From Gekko japonicus (taxonomy: Eukaryota), in assembly GCF_001447785.1 (NCBI RefSeq), contig NW_015173130.1:20924-84923 (forward strand): a stretch of 64,000 nt of DNA. Direction: 5' to 3'. Shown piece after piece: positions 1 through 11,663 of this stretch (positions are counted from its first letter, which is position 1; every line of letters begins with the position of its first letter). Below the pieces are notes generated by a model that was given only the letters and a program-made list of their open reading frames with translations, made no database searches and had not been told where the DNA came from. Position numbers and translations under genes: made by a program.

Positions 1-232
1 CACTGTCGCTGGTGCCTCTGCAGCACACCCCACAAGGAGGAGGGTGCCCCCTGCCACCTAGGGGCATGTACCCATTTATCTACTTGCTCCATTTAATGCT
101 TTCGAACCGCTGGGTGGGCGGGAGCTGGGACTAGGGCCAGGAGCTCACCCCGGCCACGGTGGGTCTCGAACAGCCGTAATGGCTATTCATAGATGTTACT
201 GCAGGCATTCTTACTGCCTGTGCCACCGCTCC
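1..232 (-). mobile_element. Sauria-type SINE fragment
   Basis: Shares tacccatttatctacttgc...ctttcgaac.gct.ggt.ggc.ggagctggga...gagctcac core with the copies at 37992 and 55747. Confidence 0.7.
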
Positions 233-844
233 CTGTTTATATTTATAGGCTTACTATAGGTATGCTTTATCTTTCATGTTTATATTGCCATTTATTTTCA
301 TTTACACTGTAAGCCTCTTTGCCTGTTGTTACAGGGCCCATCCCATCCATCCCACATTTCCCTCATCCCCATCCCCCTTCAGCACCACGTTCCCTCTGTT
401 GGCTGTGGCAGGACAAACATGATCTCACTTTTCTCCTGCTGGGGCTGGTGGTGGTAGCAGGACCAAGATATTAAGTCAGGCAAAGAATGAACATAGTATT
501 TCCTTCAGGCATTCATATTATCTCAACCTTGTGCCCCTGGTGAAAATCTACCCTGATTTTGCTTTTTGTGGAAAACATTCGGGTTGTCTTTCAAAAACAT
601 CATTAAGTTCCACATACGCAAGGCACAGATCTCACCTCAGAACTCTAGAAGATGAAGCCCCAAGGGTAAGGCAGAAGCTTCTGGACTCCAGTGCATATGC
701 GTATTAATCAAAACACAAGGGCATACAAAGAGAGACAGTGTCATGGTTAGAGTGTAGGACTAGGACCTGAGAGACCCAGGTTTCAATCCCCTCACTGGGG
801 AAGTTGTTGGTAGTAGATGAGGAAGAATATGTCTGTGTCCCAAC

Positions 845-1046
845 CAGTGTTCCCTCTAAGCTTAGTGTGAGCTGGCTCACAGTTTTTTAGCCTCCGGCTC
901 ACACTTTTTTGTCTTAGCTCAGGAAGAATGGCTCCAGAGCAAACTAATTTATGCAGTAGCCAAATAACTTGCTCACAATTCTAATGCCAGTAGCTCACAA
1001 AGTGGAATTTTTGCTCACAGGACTCCATAGCTTAGAGGGAGCATTG
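845..1046 (+). mobile_element. hAT-type MITE
   Basis: TIRs cagtgttccctctaagct / agcttagagggagcattg; perfect 8-bp TSD gtcccaac. Confidence 0.9.
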
Positions 1047-1906
1047 GTCCCAACTGTTCTCTAACAATTACAGCAAGACACACTCAGTTCTTTTACAGAA
1101 AAGAGGAAACTTTAGGATGTACGATTTACTAATCCCACTTTTACTTTACTTCTGAACTGAGCACTGGATGGCTACAGTGATATACAGCAGGTAGGGGGAA
1201 AAGCCTTAAGCAATGTGTGATGAGTACTGGGGCTCAAGTCATTGTCCTTATTCGTTGAGATATTTATACCAAATTTTTGCCTAAAAAAGCCTCAGAGCTG
1301 CTCACTACATCATTCATCCCTCCTCCGTTTTGCCATCAACAACTCCAAGAATGGATGACTGATTCCAAGGTCACCCAGCAATCTTCCATGACAGAGCAGG
1401 GATTTGGACCTGGTTCTCCCAGATCCTAGTCCAGCTCTGTAACTACCTTGCCATGCTGGCTGTCGGTGCAAGAGCAGAATTTAGAATTAACGGGCGCGCT
1501 TTCATCTGAGGAAAAAAATGAAGGTTTGAACACAAGATGACCACTGACCTCCCCTCAGAATTGATTTGGTGGCACCATGTCTCTGAAGTAGGTTAAAGAG
1601 CTTACAATGGTTTTCGTTGACAACAGTTGCTTTAACTTTGAACCTTCTACTTTCATTGTATATATTATTATTGGTTGAAAGATCCAAGCACTGCTTATGT
1701 CATCTTTGTCGTAAGATACCCTAGGAGGCTACTGAGGTAGGCTCAAAATATATCAGTTAAAGAAAATGGAGATACTGTAGATAAATCATCACCACTCTCT
1801 TTGTTATTCTGATAAGGTACAGTTTTGTGGTAAAATTCTTATTACTTTTGTACAACTACCATGACAAATTATTACTTGGTAAATGATTGTGAGGGAAGGC
1901 AGCGTG

Positions 1907-2091
1907 GCGGAGCCAGATCTCATAAGACCTTGGAAGCTAGGCAGGGTCATTACTTGGATGGGAGACTACCAAGGAAGGCCCTGCAAAGGAAGGGAATGGT
2001 AAACCACCACTGCTTCTCACTTGCTTCTAAAGTCCCTTGCTGGGGTTGCCATAACTCAGCTGTGACTTACACACACACACACACACACACA
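1907..2091 (+). mobile_element. 5S rRNA-derived SINE (divergent copy) ending in (AC)n
   Basis: ggaagctaggcagggtc...tacttggatgggagac (5S box A/C), then an RTE-like aatggtaaaccac tail. Confidence 0.7.
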
Positions 2092-2399
2092 TAAAAATGA
2101 TTGTTTGAATCCATCCAGAGAGAGCTGGAAGGGCAGAGGAAAGGGGGGGAGCAGCTTTATAGTACATTTGTGAGGTACTTCTGGGTATTACTCTTTGATG
2201 CACTGTAAGATTTGTGCAGTTATTACAAAGTTACGACTGACATAGACATATGCCCCTTTCACAATGAAAAACACTAATCCCGCTGCTTGCCATCTGATGT
2301 ATGGCAGAGGTGTCTTTTCTGGAAAATAACAAAACCTAGAAGGGCTTCCTACAGCAGCTATAAAGAAGAAACAGCGGCAAAAGTGCATTTATGTATTGC

Positions 2400-2838
2400 C
2401 TTAAAACAAAACAGCCCCGCATTCTGAGCTGTTGGTCTTCATCTGGGGTACGACCTGTATACTGATTCCTGCCTGTTCAGTAAATATATTAGGATGGTGC
2501 CCATGGCATACCTTTAGGTACAGATATTCAAAAAGCTTGGTGGAGGCATAATTGCAAAGGAATGTGCTTTTAATTCTGTTTGGTATTAACTTTCCTAGAA
2601 ACTGGCAGTGGCACACAGCTGTGTGTGTATTTGCTTTCTTTGTTTTGGGTTAAACCCTTCTGGCAACATACAATAGGTGAATTCAAGGTGTCCTGAGTGC
2701 TACAGGAATGTAATTCTCTCCGACTCCTGGTCTGGAAATACAACATTTGACTTTGTCTTGAACTGCTGGAGTCACCTTTTTGCTTGCTGCCAGCGGCCTC
2801 GGTCCTGATCAGGAGGGCTTCTGATCCAAAATTCCAGG
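2400..2838. promoter_or_regulatory. TMEM213 promoter/5'UTR region, possibly bidirectional with ATP6V0A4
   Basis: Repeat-free unique sequence just upstream of the ATG; forkhead-type GTAAATA (~2480) and TATTTGC (~2628); minus-strand donor AAG|gtatgc at 2511. Confidence 0.35.
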
Positions 2839-2911
2839 ATGCATCTACTGAACTGCATCGCTGTTGCCTTCCTCTTGCTAAGCTCGGCTTGCCAGACGTC
2901 TTTCTCAGAAG
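2839..2911 (+). CDS. TMEM213: TMEM213 coding exon 1 (signal peptide MHLLNCIAVAFLLLSSACQTSFSE)
   Basis: ATG at 2839, hydrophobic signal-peptide-like frame, donor GAAG|gtgatt; 73 nt, phase 1, joins in frame to the 7498 exon. Confidence 0.8.
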
Positions 2912-3178
2912 GTGATTCTTTTATCATAACTATGCTTGTATTTAGGATATTAGCACGGGGTTGTGGGTAGAACTGGAAAACTGCAGTTGGGGAGGAGGAA
3001 GAGACAACTATGGTTGCATGTCTGGATTTTCTTACACTCTTAAATTGTTAAGCGCAGCAAGTATTCAGCTCTTTGGAAAAGGCTGGGCTTCAGAGGGTCT
3101 CACACCTTCCCCTTTGTCTCAATTCAGGCTACATAAAACAAAACTCCAGTGTGCCTTGACAGAAAATATATTCACCTA

Positions 3179-3335
3179 GCCCTGACCTGGATAGCCCAGG
3201 CTAACCCTGTCTCATCAACTTTCTGAAGCTAAGCAAGGTCAACCCTGCAGTCGATGGCAAACCACCTCTGAATGTCTCTTGCCTTGAAAACCTCATGAGG
3301 GGTCTCTGTAAGTCAGCTACAAGTTGATGGCCAAA
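3179..3335 (+). mobile_element. 5S-derived SINE, internally deleted
   Basis: gccctgacctggatagcccaggcta...gaagctaagcaaggtc...atggcaaaccacctctg. Confidence 0.75.
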
Positions 3336-4157
3336 AAGAAAAACCCCTCAGAGGAAAAAAAGTATATGAAAAGCATGTGGCTCATGATTCATGCATGGAT
3401 GCTGCCAGGTTTTAGCCAGGACCCAAGAGTGGGGGGGAAGAGATGAGAGAGAGAGTGGAATCTGAGGAGGGGGTATAAAGCCCAGGTTGCATAGCTATTA
3501 TAATGACATGGCCTGTTTATGGTATTTTGGAAATAAAATAGGGTGGGGTTTTTTAGTGACTCATGAAGTTATATGTACAAGATTGGATCTGGAAGAAGGG
3601 GGAGAATAAAGAGATAATAATTGACCCCAGGTTTCAGTATGCATTAGAAATCACAATTGGCTCACCAAGGACTTTGGCTGTCTTATTTCAGCCTTTGGGG
3701 GGGATTCCACATGCCCATTTGGTCAAGTAAATGAGCTCCAAGATACCTCAAGGTGGTTCAGTTAGTTATAAGGTTAATGATTACTGATAATCTCTCTCTC
3801 AAAAAAAATCAAATATAGCAGAAGTTGACTAGCGATGAGATCTTTACTTTGAGGACTAGCTTGCCTGGACTATCCTACAGTATTCAGTTCTGGAGATCGT
3901 AGAATTTATGAAAATCGCCATTAACACAGGACAAATAATTTTGGTGCAGCATTACTGAATGGGGGCTGGGAAATGTTGCTGATACTAATGGGACTGGGCA
4001 CTATTTCAAGTTGCAATAGCATGGGCAGAGGACGCAAAGACATTTTAGTGGGATAAGTAAAATTCCAAATCTTGATTTTGGATACATTAAAGCTTAAATG
4101 GCAAATAAGGCCATCTGTTCTAATTATATGGTAGAGTTAAATGATAATGCGTAAGCA

Positions 4158-4609
4158 CCCTAAAGTGGACAGCCCAGGCTAGCCCGATCTCATCAGATCT
4201 CAGAAGCTAAGCAAGGTCACCCCTGGTTAGTATTTGGATGGGAGACCACCAAGGAGGTCCAGGGTTGCTATGCAGAGGCAGGCAATGGTAAACCAACTCT
4301 GTTAAGAACATAAGAGATGCCAATGTTGGATCAGGCCAAAGGCCCATCCAGTCCAACACTCTGTATCACACAGTGGCCCGAAATACCAGTGCCATCAGGA
4401 GGTCCACCAGTGGGGCCAGGACATTAGAAGCCATCCCACTGTTGACCCCCCCAAGCACCAAGATGACAGAGCATCACTTGCCCCAGAGTCCCTATCTATA
4501 CCTTGTGGCTAATAGCCACTGATGGACCTCTGCTCCATATGCTTATCTTATCTGTTCATCTCTTACCTTGAAAACCGCATGAGGAGTCATCATAAGTCAG
4601 CTCCACCTC
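4158..4609 (+). mobile_element. 5S-derived SINE interrupted by a CR1 3' fragment (4304-4550, - strand)
   Basis: 5S head gcccgatctcatcagatctcagaagctaagc...tggttagtatttggatgggagacc; outer 13-bp TSD taatg(c/t)gtaagca; inner TSD tctgtt. Confidence 0.85.
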
Positions 4610-4856
4610 TAATGTGTAAGCAATACTGGAGCTGTTTATTACAATCAGGCCTATAGGTGAGTCTGGTGAATTATTCTATGTGGTCTGAAACAGGGAGAAG
4701 GCTAGAGCAACTCTCTTTAATGGTTACCTGTCTTTCAGAAGCTTGTTGGTTACGTTGGAGGCTGGTGTTCTGTGGTATTATTCGTGTTTGTAGTTTGTTA
4801 TGAAGCAATGATTTGGTGTTACTTGCACAAACCTGGGCATGCTAATGCTCCCATCA

Positions 4857-5078
4857 GCAGTGACCTGGATGCCCCAGGCTACCCCTATCTTGTCAGATCT
4901 TCGAAGCTAAGCAGGGTTGGCCCTGGTTAGTACTTGGATGGGAGACCACCAAAGAGATTGATGGTTGCTATGCAGAGACAGACAATGGCAAACCACCTCT
5001 GAACATCTCTTGACCTGAAAACCCCAAAGTGGGTTGCTATAAGTCAGGCTGCCACTTGACAGCATTTTCCACCACCAG
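4857..5078 (+). mobile_element. 5S-derived SINE, full length
   Basis: 5S box A/C motifs; (CCA)n tail; TSD tgctcccatca. Confidence 0.85.
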
Positions 5079-5334
5079 TGCTCCCATCAAAGCACACCAG
5101 TACCTGTCCAGAAAAGGCTAAACTCTAGTCATGTAGGATGCTTCATGGAATGGTATTGGAAATGAGGCCTTTGGATGTGCAAACACTGGAAATGAATGTG
5201 CAAACACTGGAAATGAACCATAAATTTACACAAAAAGATAAAGACCACTTCTGTATTAGTGGTCATAGCACTTTTAAAAAATAGTCTTACTACAACAAGA
5301 GATGGTAATAAAATTATTAATAGCGCTGACAATA

Positions 5335-5550
5335 TTGTTAGCTATTCAGTCGTGTCGGACTCTGGGCAATTCTATGGGCTAGCTCTCTCCATGTTTCCCT
5401 ATCTTGTACTGTTTCTTTGAGTTGTTCCATGCTCAGGCTGGTGTTGACTTTTATGGTGTCTAGCCACCGTGTTCTTTGGTGGCCCGTTTTCCTTTTGCCA
5501 CTAACCAATCCAAGCGTAATTGCTTTTTCTAGTGAGTTCACCCTTTGCAA
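5335..5550 (-). mobile_element. RTE/BovB-like LINE 3' fragment
   Basis: Translation SLEKAITLGLVSGKRKTGHQRTRWLDTIK...WRELAHRIAQSPTRL is an RTE-clade C-terminus. Confidence 0.85.
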
Positions 5551-6119
5551 TTTATATGCTAAAGTTTTCAGACTGTGTTAGTCTCTTGTAGCAAATTAAA
5601 ACAGAAGCCCAGTGGCACTTTAAAGACTAACAACATTTATTGCAAGAGAAGGCAAAGGTATGGCTACCAAAGGGACGATTATGACTTAATATTTAGGCTT
5701 TGTTTGCAGCCCAAGGTGGAGACATATGTAGGACAGCATGAGCTCTGTGGAATAATGCTAAGACAAAAATGTGCCCAAATAACTTCAAGTAAAGTGCAAT
5801 ACAAAAACTACTTGCAGACAGTAATACACTATTTACTCAAATGCAGATGCCTGGATTTAGTGGAGTTACTTTGTTTCACAGTAATTAAGATTCTTGCAGA
5901 ACTGCCCTAAGCACAATCACAGTTTTCTTTCTTCAATGGACTTAGAATGGTGTAACTCTGTTTAGGATTTTATTAGATTTCTATCCCACTCTCCCGGCTG
6001 AAGGATGGTACTGTTAACTTGGATTAAGAATTCTAGTTATTTGAGAGGGAACAAGCCCTGGTTAGTTCAGGCACCCATATCTGAGCATGTCAAATTGAAT
6101 TTCATGTTTGTCTATTGGC

Positions 6120-6545
6120 AGAGTTGGGGGAAAAATCCAGCTCTGGATCGGGAAATATCTGGAGATTCTGGGCATGGAACCTGGGGAGGGCAGGGTTTGG
6201 GGGTCTCAGCAGGGTATTAGTGCCATAGGGTCCACTCTCCAAGGCAGTCCTTTTCTCCAGGGGAACTGGAGATCTCCAGGTATTACCTGGAAGTTGGGAG
6301 CCCAAAGTTCCATGCATTGAGAGATGCTTTGGATTGCCTTTGGATTGCCAACTCATGCTCGGGAAATTCATGGAGATTTGAAGGCAGAGCCTGGACAGGG
6401 CAGAATTTGGATAGGTGAAGGAGCTCAGCAGGGGTGTGATGCCGTAGCGCCTGCCCTCCAAAGCTGCCATTTTATCCAGAGGAGCTGATCTTTGTATTCT
6501 GGAGGTCAGTTGTAACCAAGCCCCACCTTAAGGTTGGCAACACTA
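6120..6545. mobile_element. Degenerate tagggttgcca-TIR MITE cluster (family also at 12105-12340, 51645-51859, 52070-52280, 55336-55590, 56451-56620)
   Basis: Recurrent (ta)gggttgccaac...ggcaacccta termini and shared gagtccaccctccaaagcagccattttctccagggg-like core. Confidence 0.7.
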
Positions 6546-6703
6546 AGCCCTACAGCAGAGGCATTCAGGTTATAAGAACTAATTTACAGGCAGAGTGGAA
6601 GCACAACAAGGAGCAGGGACAAACATAAGGAGCATTTGTAAGGTTCTGAACAGTAGAGGTATACGATACAGCTTCCCCTAGAGTGCAAATGGACTAAACA
6701 CAT

Positions 6704-7035
6704 TTGTTGTTGTTCAGTCGCACAGTCGAGTCCGACTCTTTGCGACCCCATGGACCAGATCCCGCCAGGCCTTCCTGTCTTCCGCCGTCCTCTGAAGTTG
6801 GCTCAATTTCATGTTCGTTGCATCGGTGACACTGTCTAACCATCTCATCCTTTGCCGTCCCCGTCTTCTTTGACCTTCAGTCTTTCCCAGCACCAGGGTC
6901 TTTTCCAGTGAGTGCTCCCTTCTCATTTGGTGGCCAAAGTATTTGAGCTTCAGCTTCAATATCTGGCCTTCCAGGGAACAGTCAGGGTTGATTTATTTTA
7001 GGATTGACTGATTTGATCTTCTTGCAGTCCAAGGT
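6704..7035 (-). mobile_element. BovB LINE 3' fragment
   Basis: LKLKYFGHQMRREHSLEKTLVLGKTEGQRRRGRQRMRWLD...VHGVAKSRTRL; (CAA)n tail; TSD actaaacacat. Confidence 0.92.
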
Positions 7036-7497
7036 ACTAAACACATCCTGTTATGTTAATGAAAGTGCTCACATGCTGTTGCCATTCCAACACTGTCTTC
7101 AGTCTTATTGTGCTGCTTGAAGGCGGGGTGGGGTGGGGAGCATGTGAGCATTAACCACAGAACAGTGATCAGCTACCTGGCAGGACTGTTGTGAGTATTA
7201 ATGTAAAGCAACTGAATATATCAAAGGACGGAAAAATAATTACGATATGATGAGGACATCTCTGGATTTTGTCAAATCCTGCTGGCTACATCTTAATTAA
7301 ACAATTTATACAAAAAGATGCAAAATCTCCATGAGGCCAGCTCTCATTTTACCTGAAATTCCTTCTCAAAACCCATCACTTCTCATGAAGTCATTCCTTA
7401 ACTGATACATATAGGTGGAGGTGGAATGACCATATCCTACCAAGCTGAGCCTTGAGTTTCTCATTCTAACAAACACCTTTCTTCCCTTCCTTTCTAG

Positions 7498-7545
7498 AGA
7501 CTGGACACCACGCTGAAAATTCTTCGGAATCGATCCCATGCCTTA
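7498..7545 (+). CDS. TMEM213: TMEM213 coding exon 2 (ETGHHAENSSESIPCL)
   Basis: Strong acceptor cttcccttcctttctag and donor A|gtaagt; 48 nt, phase 1-1; ends ...PCL-N like human ...QCL-N-VDFC. Confidence 0.85.
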
Positions 7546-7986
7546 GTAAGTGTGTTTTTCTTAAAGTGCACCAGTGACCTTGACTCAGACACGTTTTGAA
7601 AAGGCCAGTTTGTGTGTAACAGAAATTGCCTTGCGTTTAGGTAAAGAAACACCATGAATGCTCCAGATTCACTAAGGATCTGCTGTTTCAGAGGGTTGCT
7701 CCACAAGCAATTAATTTATAACATCAATATTGCTTTTAGTTAGAGAACGATGTGCACACAACCACATGTGAGATAAATGACCACACAGCTATTTTGCTGA
7801 AGGTACACACATTGTGGGAACTTACTGCTGATTAGGGCTTTCTGCTGTGACTTTGGTAACATGCAATATACTTCTTTGGCAGAATTAGTCACTACTTTAA
7901 TAGTAGGTAGCCCTTTATTTTAAAATTCATTTTTTAAAATAGAACTTCACCATAGCAACATTATAATTTGTTGCAAAGTCAGTGAT

Positions 7987-8876
7987 GGCTGCGATCACAT
8001 GGAGCATTAGCCACACTAGAGAGATGGAAGATAGGCGGATTTTCTGGGCGCGATCACACCACCACATCTGGGAAGCGTAGAGCTCTCGTGGCTCACCCAA
8101 GGCTTTCCGCCGAAGATGCGGTTTAAAAAACTAGTATCTCCGAGGTACTAGTTTCCAGAAACCGCGGGGCAAGGGCAGGTGTCTGATCGCGTTTCCGGTG
8201 GTAGTGAGTGGCATCAGGCGCCCGCCCATGTCCCGTCAAGGGTTTCCCCCCCCAAGTCTCCAGGATGCGCAAAAGCACCCAATGGTGCATGCACACGAGG
8301 AAGCGGCGTTGGCCACAGAAGGAGGAGGAGGAGGAATGCAGTGGGGGGGAGCAGCCATCGTGGCGGAGGGGGTGGCGAGGCCGAGCGGAGAGAAGGCTCC
8401 CCTCGGGGGGGGGGGCTGGTCCTTGGGGGGGGGGCGGGTTTCTCCGCCATTGGGGGCAGCGGCGGCGGCGGGGTGTCGTTCCTGGCCATCATCGTCGCCT
8501 CCCGTTTTTAATGGCGGCGGCGGAGCACGTGTGTGGGTGGCTCTGCGAAGTGCTCTTCCAGACCTCCGGAGCGGAGCCGGGAGGATCTCCTGGACCACCC
8601 CGGGGGCGGGGGTGTCTGTCCCATCGGCCTCCTCAGCCTGGCCTCCACTGCCGGCAGCCCACAGGACCCGGTGCCCTTCCGCAGGGCCTGTCCGGGCCGT
8701 GATGTCCCGCCGGCCATTCAGTAGTCCTGCTGCTGCCTAGCCGTCTGATCAGCACCTCCCCCCTAACCACAGGACCTCCACGGGACGTCTGATCGTGCAA
8801 CCACGTGTTATTTTGCCCTGGGGCAAACAGGCATGCGTCCCCCCCCCCGCATTTTCCGGCCCGTGTGACTGGGGCC
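7987..8876. mobile_element. GC/CpG-rich non-autonomous DNA transposon (PIF/Harbinger-like) in TMEM213 intron 2
   Basis: Imperfect TIRs ggctgcgatcacatgg / ccgtgtgactggggcc; 3-bp flanking duplication gat; internal gatcacac/gtctgatc subrepeats. Confidence 0.7.
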
Positions 8877-9971
8877 GATATAATCCTAGTTATTTCGAGA
8901 CCTGAACCAAGATGGATGGCTGTTATATAATAATACTTTAAAGCCAATCATACTTTAAAGCCAACTGCACCCCTTTTTAAAGGCACCCAAGGCCTCTCTT
9001 GTTGCCACTAATTTCCTGCCAGTTCTTTGTTTCCAGAACCTTTCTGCCTCACTTAGCTGGTTCCACTGATTCTCTTTCAGATCTAGCCCTATTTAACTAT
9101 AAACTGTCTTGAAAATCCAAAGAACAGATAAGGACCAGATTACCCACAATATACAACCATACTTCAGCCACCAAAGAATTGCACCAAAAAAATAGAGAGA
9201 TAAGTTTATACAGGTGTTGAAAGCTCAGACTAGTTAAAGAACCATGGCTGCTGTCTCAGAAACAACTCTAGGATGATGGGCAGAAGTAAGTAAATATAGA
9301 CATGAGCCTTAACACTAAGCCCACATCTTTGCTGCTATCTTCTGAGAGCCTTCCACAGGTTAGGGAAGAACACAGCTCACCTTACCATTGATCACTAATT
9401 ACCATAAACGAAAACTAAATTGGTATCAAGCCTGCCTTATTTAATGAAAGGGATAAGAAAAAGAATACCACTGAAGAGTAAAGACCAAGCTGGATGAGGA
9501 GTGTGTTGATTCTCCAAGGCAAAACTCAGAATTATTCTTAAACAAGGGAAAATGTTTATTCAGGACAAATAGGTTGGCGTATACTCCTAAATTGACCCTG
9601 GTCTTGGACAGAACACCATCATACATACGAATCGTATGGTACCAGAGTAAAATGGGTTCTAGTCACATGAAAATAATTCACACACCACTGGATAAACTTA
9701 CAGGTCAGCCTATGGTAATTTCTCCAGAGTTCCTTATGGCCAAGTGGACCAGATTCCCTACCCCTGAACACCACCCCTCTAGCCACTCTATCTCAAAAGC
9801 CTTCCTAGTGCAGGAGAACCACCTAGATCCTAATGTGAGAAGTGAAGGCTAGGCCTTGGCATGTGGTACAGTCAAGTCAGGGGTCTATGGGCCCAGCATT
9901 CTATGTTTGGTTGATGCACAGATACATGTACTGTCAGTTAATTATGTAGGCCACCTTTTCTCTGCCATCAG

Positions 9972-10141
9972 ATGTGGATTTCTGTCAAGAAGCTGCCAAA
10001 TGCTGCCACCTCGGAGTAGATGAATATGGCTGGATTGCTGCTGCCGTTGGGTGGAGCCTGTGGTTTCTCACGCTCATCCTCTTCTGCATTGAAAAACTCA
10101 TGAAACTCCAGCCTGATGAGCCCAAACACTTGGGAGCCTGA
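9972..10141 (+). CDS. TMEM213: TMEM213 last coding exon (NVDFCQEAAKCCHLGVDEYGWIAAAVGWSLWFLTLILFCIEKLMKLQPDEPKHLGA*)
   Basis: Translation matches the recalled TMEM213 C-terminal motif VDFC..AA.CC..GVDEYGWIAAAVGWSLWFLTLIL; acceptor ttttctctgccatcag; TGA at 10139-10141. Confidence 0.95.
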
Positions 10142-10823
10142 AAGTCAACCAAAGCCGAGAAGCGCCTCTGCCTGTCATTGCTGTTCAAGACCAAGCGAGT
10201 GGCTTCAGACATTCATTTAGCTTCCTTTGCCGTTGGAGCATCAGAGGACATTTCTGAACAGTGCACTGCAAAGAGAGCCCGAGAACAAGACCCTTGCAGA
10301 GTTGTGCCATACTGTTATTATGCATCCCATGTGTCCTGCCAAATAAGAGAATCCCACCTCCTTATTGCAGCTTCTATTTATAGCCCTATCCAATGCAATG
10401 GCAGCACCTTTCTGGATTGCCCAGTCTCAGCTGCGAATGGATCATTCCAAGCAGAAAGTCAGCTTATCCCCTCTAAAACTGGCATAGGAAATCTTCGGCT
10501 CTTGAACTGGTGGTCGGTGCTTACTTCTGATGAAACAAGCTGTGCATTTTTCCCCGCAGAGTCAGTGATCTGAATCACAACTGGAAGTGTTACTTCCTGG
10601 GTATTTTTAAAATTAAACCTAACCCAAGCAGGAACAGTGCAAAGTAGTAAAAAAGTTGCTGGTCATGCTATGCTCAGCTGGGCCAGGGCTTTTTTTCCGG
10701 GGCAATGCACCGGAACGGAGTTCTGGAACTTCTTCAACACAATTCCATGTTTAAAAGTTCATGAGTTTTCAGTATGCAGATTGAAAACTTCATTTCTGTC
10801 TTGAAAGTTCCAGCACCTCTTTA

Positions 10824-11663
10824 NNNNNNNNNNNNNNNNNNNNNNNNNNNNNNNNNNNNNNNNNNNNNNNNNNNNNNNNNNNNNNNNNNNNNNNNNNNNN
10901 NNNNNNNNNNNNNNNNNNNNNNNNNNNNNNNNNNNNNNNNNNNNNNNNNNNNNNNNNNNNNNNNNNNNNNNNNNNNNNNNNNNNNNNNNNNNNNNNNNNN
11001 NNNNNNNNNNNNNNNNNNNNNNNNNNNNNNNNNNNNNNNNNNNNNNNNNNNNNNNNNNNNNNNNNNNNNNNNNNNNNNNNNNNNNNNNNNNNNNNNNNNN
11101 NNNNNNNNNNNNNNNNNNNNNNNNNNNNNNNNNNNNNNNNNNNNNNNNNNNNNNNNNNNNNNNNNNNNNNNNNNNNNNNNNNNNNNNNNNNNNNNNNNNN
11201 NNNNNNNNNNNNNNNNNNNNNNNNNNNNNNNNNNNNNNNNNNNNNNNNNNNNNNNNNNNNNNNNNNNNNNNNNNNNNNNNNNNNNNNNNNNNNNNNNNNN
11301 NNNNNNNNNNNNNNNNNNNNNNNNNNNNNNNNNNNNNNNNNNNNNNNNNNNNNNNNNNNNNNNNNNNNNNNNNNNNNNNNNNNNNNNNNNNNNNNNNNNN
11401 NNNNNNNNNNNNNNNNNNNNNNNNNNNNNNNNNNNNNNNNNNNNNNNNNNNNNNNNNNNNNNNNNNNNNNNNNNNNNNNNNNNNNNNNNNNNNNNNNNNN
11501 NNNNNNNNNNNNNNNNNNNNNNNNNNNNNNNNNNNNNNNNNNNNNNNNNNNNNNNNNNNNNNNNNNNNNNNNNNNNNNNNNNNNNNNNNNNNNNNNNNNN
11601 NNNNNNNNNNNNNNNNNNNNNNNNNNNNNNNNNNNNNNNNNNNNNNNNNNNNNNNNNNNNNNN
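10824..11663. other. Assembly gap (further gaps at 29081-29147, 41222-41273 and 48796-48896)
   Basis: Runs of N. Confidence 1.

Noticed and set aside
4170-4260. 5S rRNA genes (also 4870 and 26150)
   Set aside because: The 5' and 3' ends of 5S are replaced, and TSDs and tails are present: these are SINE heads, not rRNA genes
8179-8947. Stack of overlapping Gly/Pro/Arg-rich ORFs resembling a first exon in a CpG island
   Set aside because: They lie within a TIR-bounded insertion; stop-poor GC-rich DNA gives ORFs in all frames; no recognisable protein
10178-10573. 131-aa ORF after the TMEM213 stop
   Set aside because: Non-ATG start in the 3'UTR; no recognisable motifs
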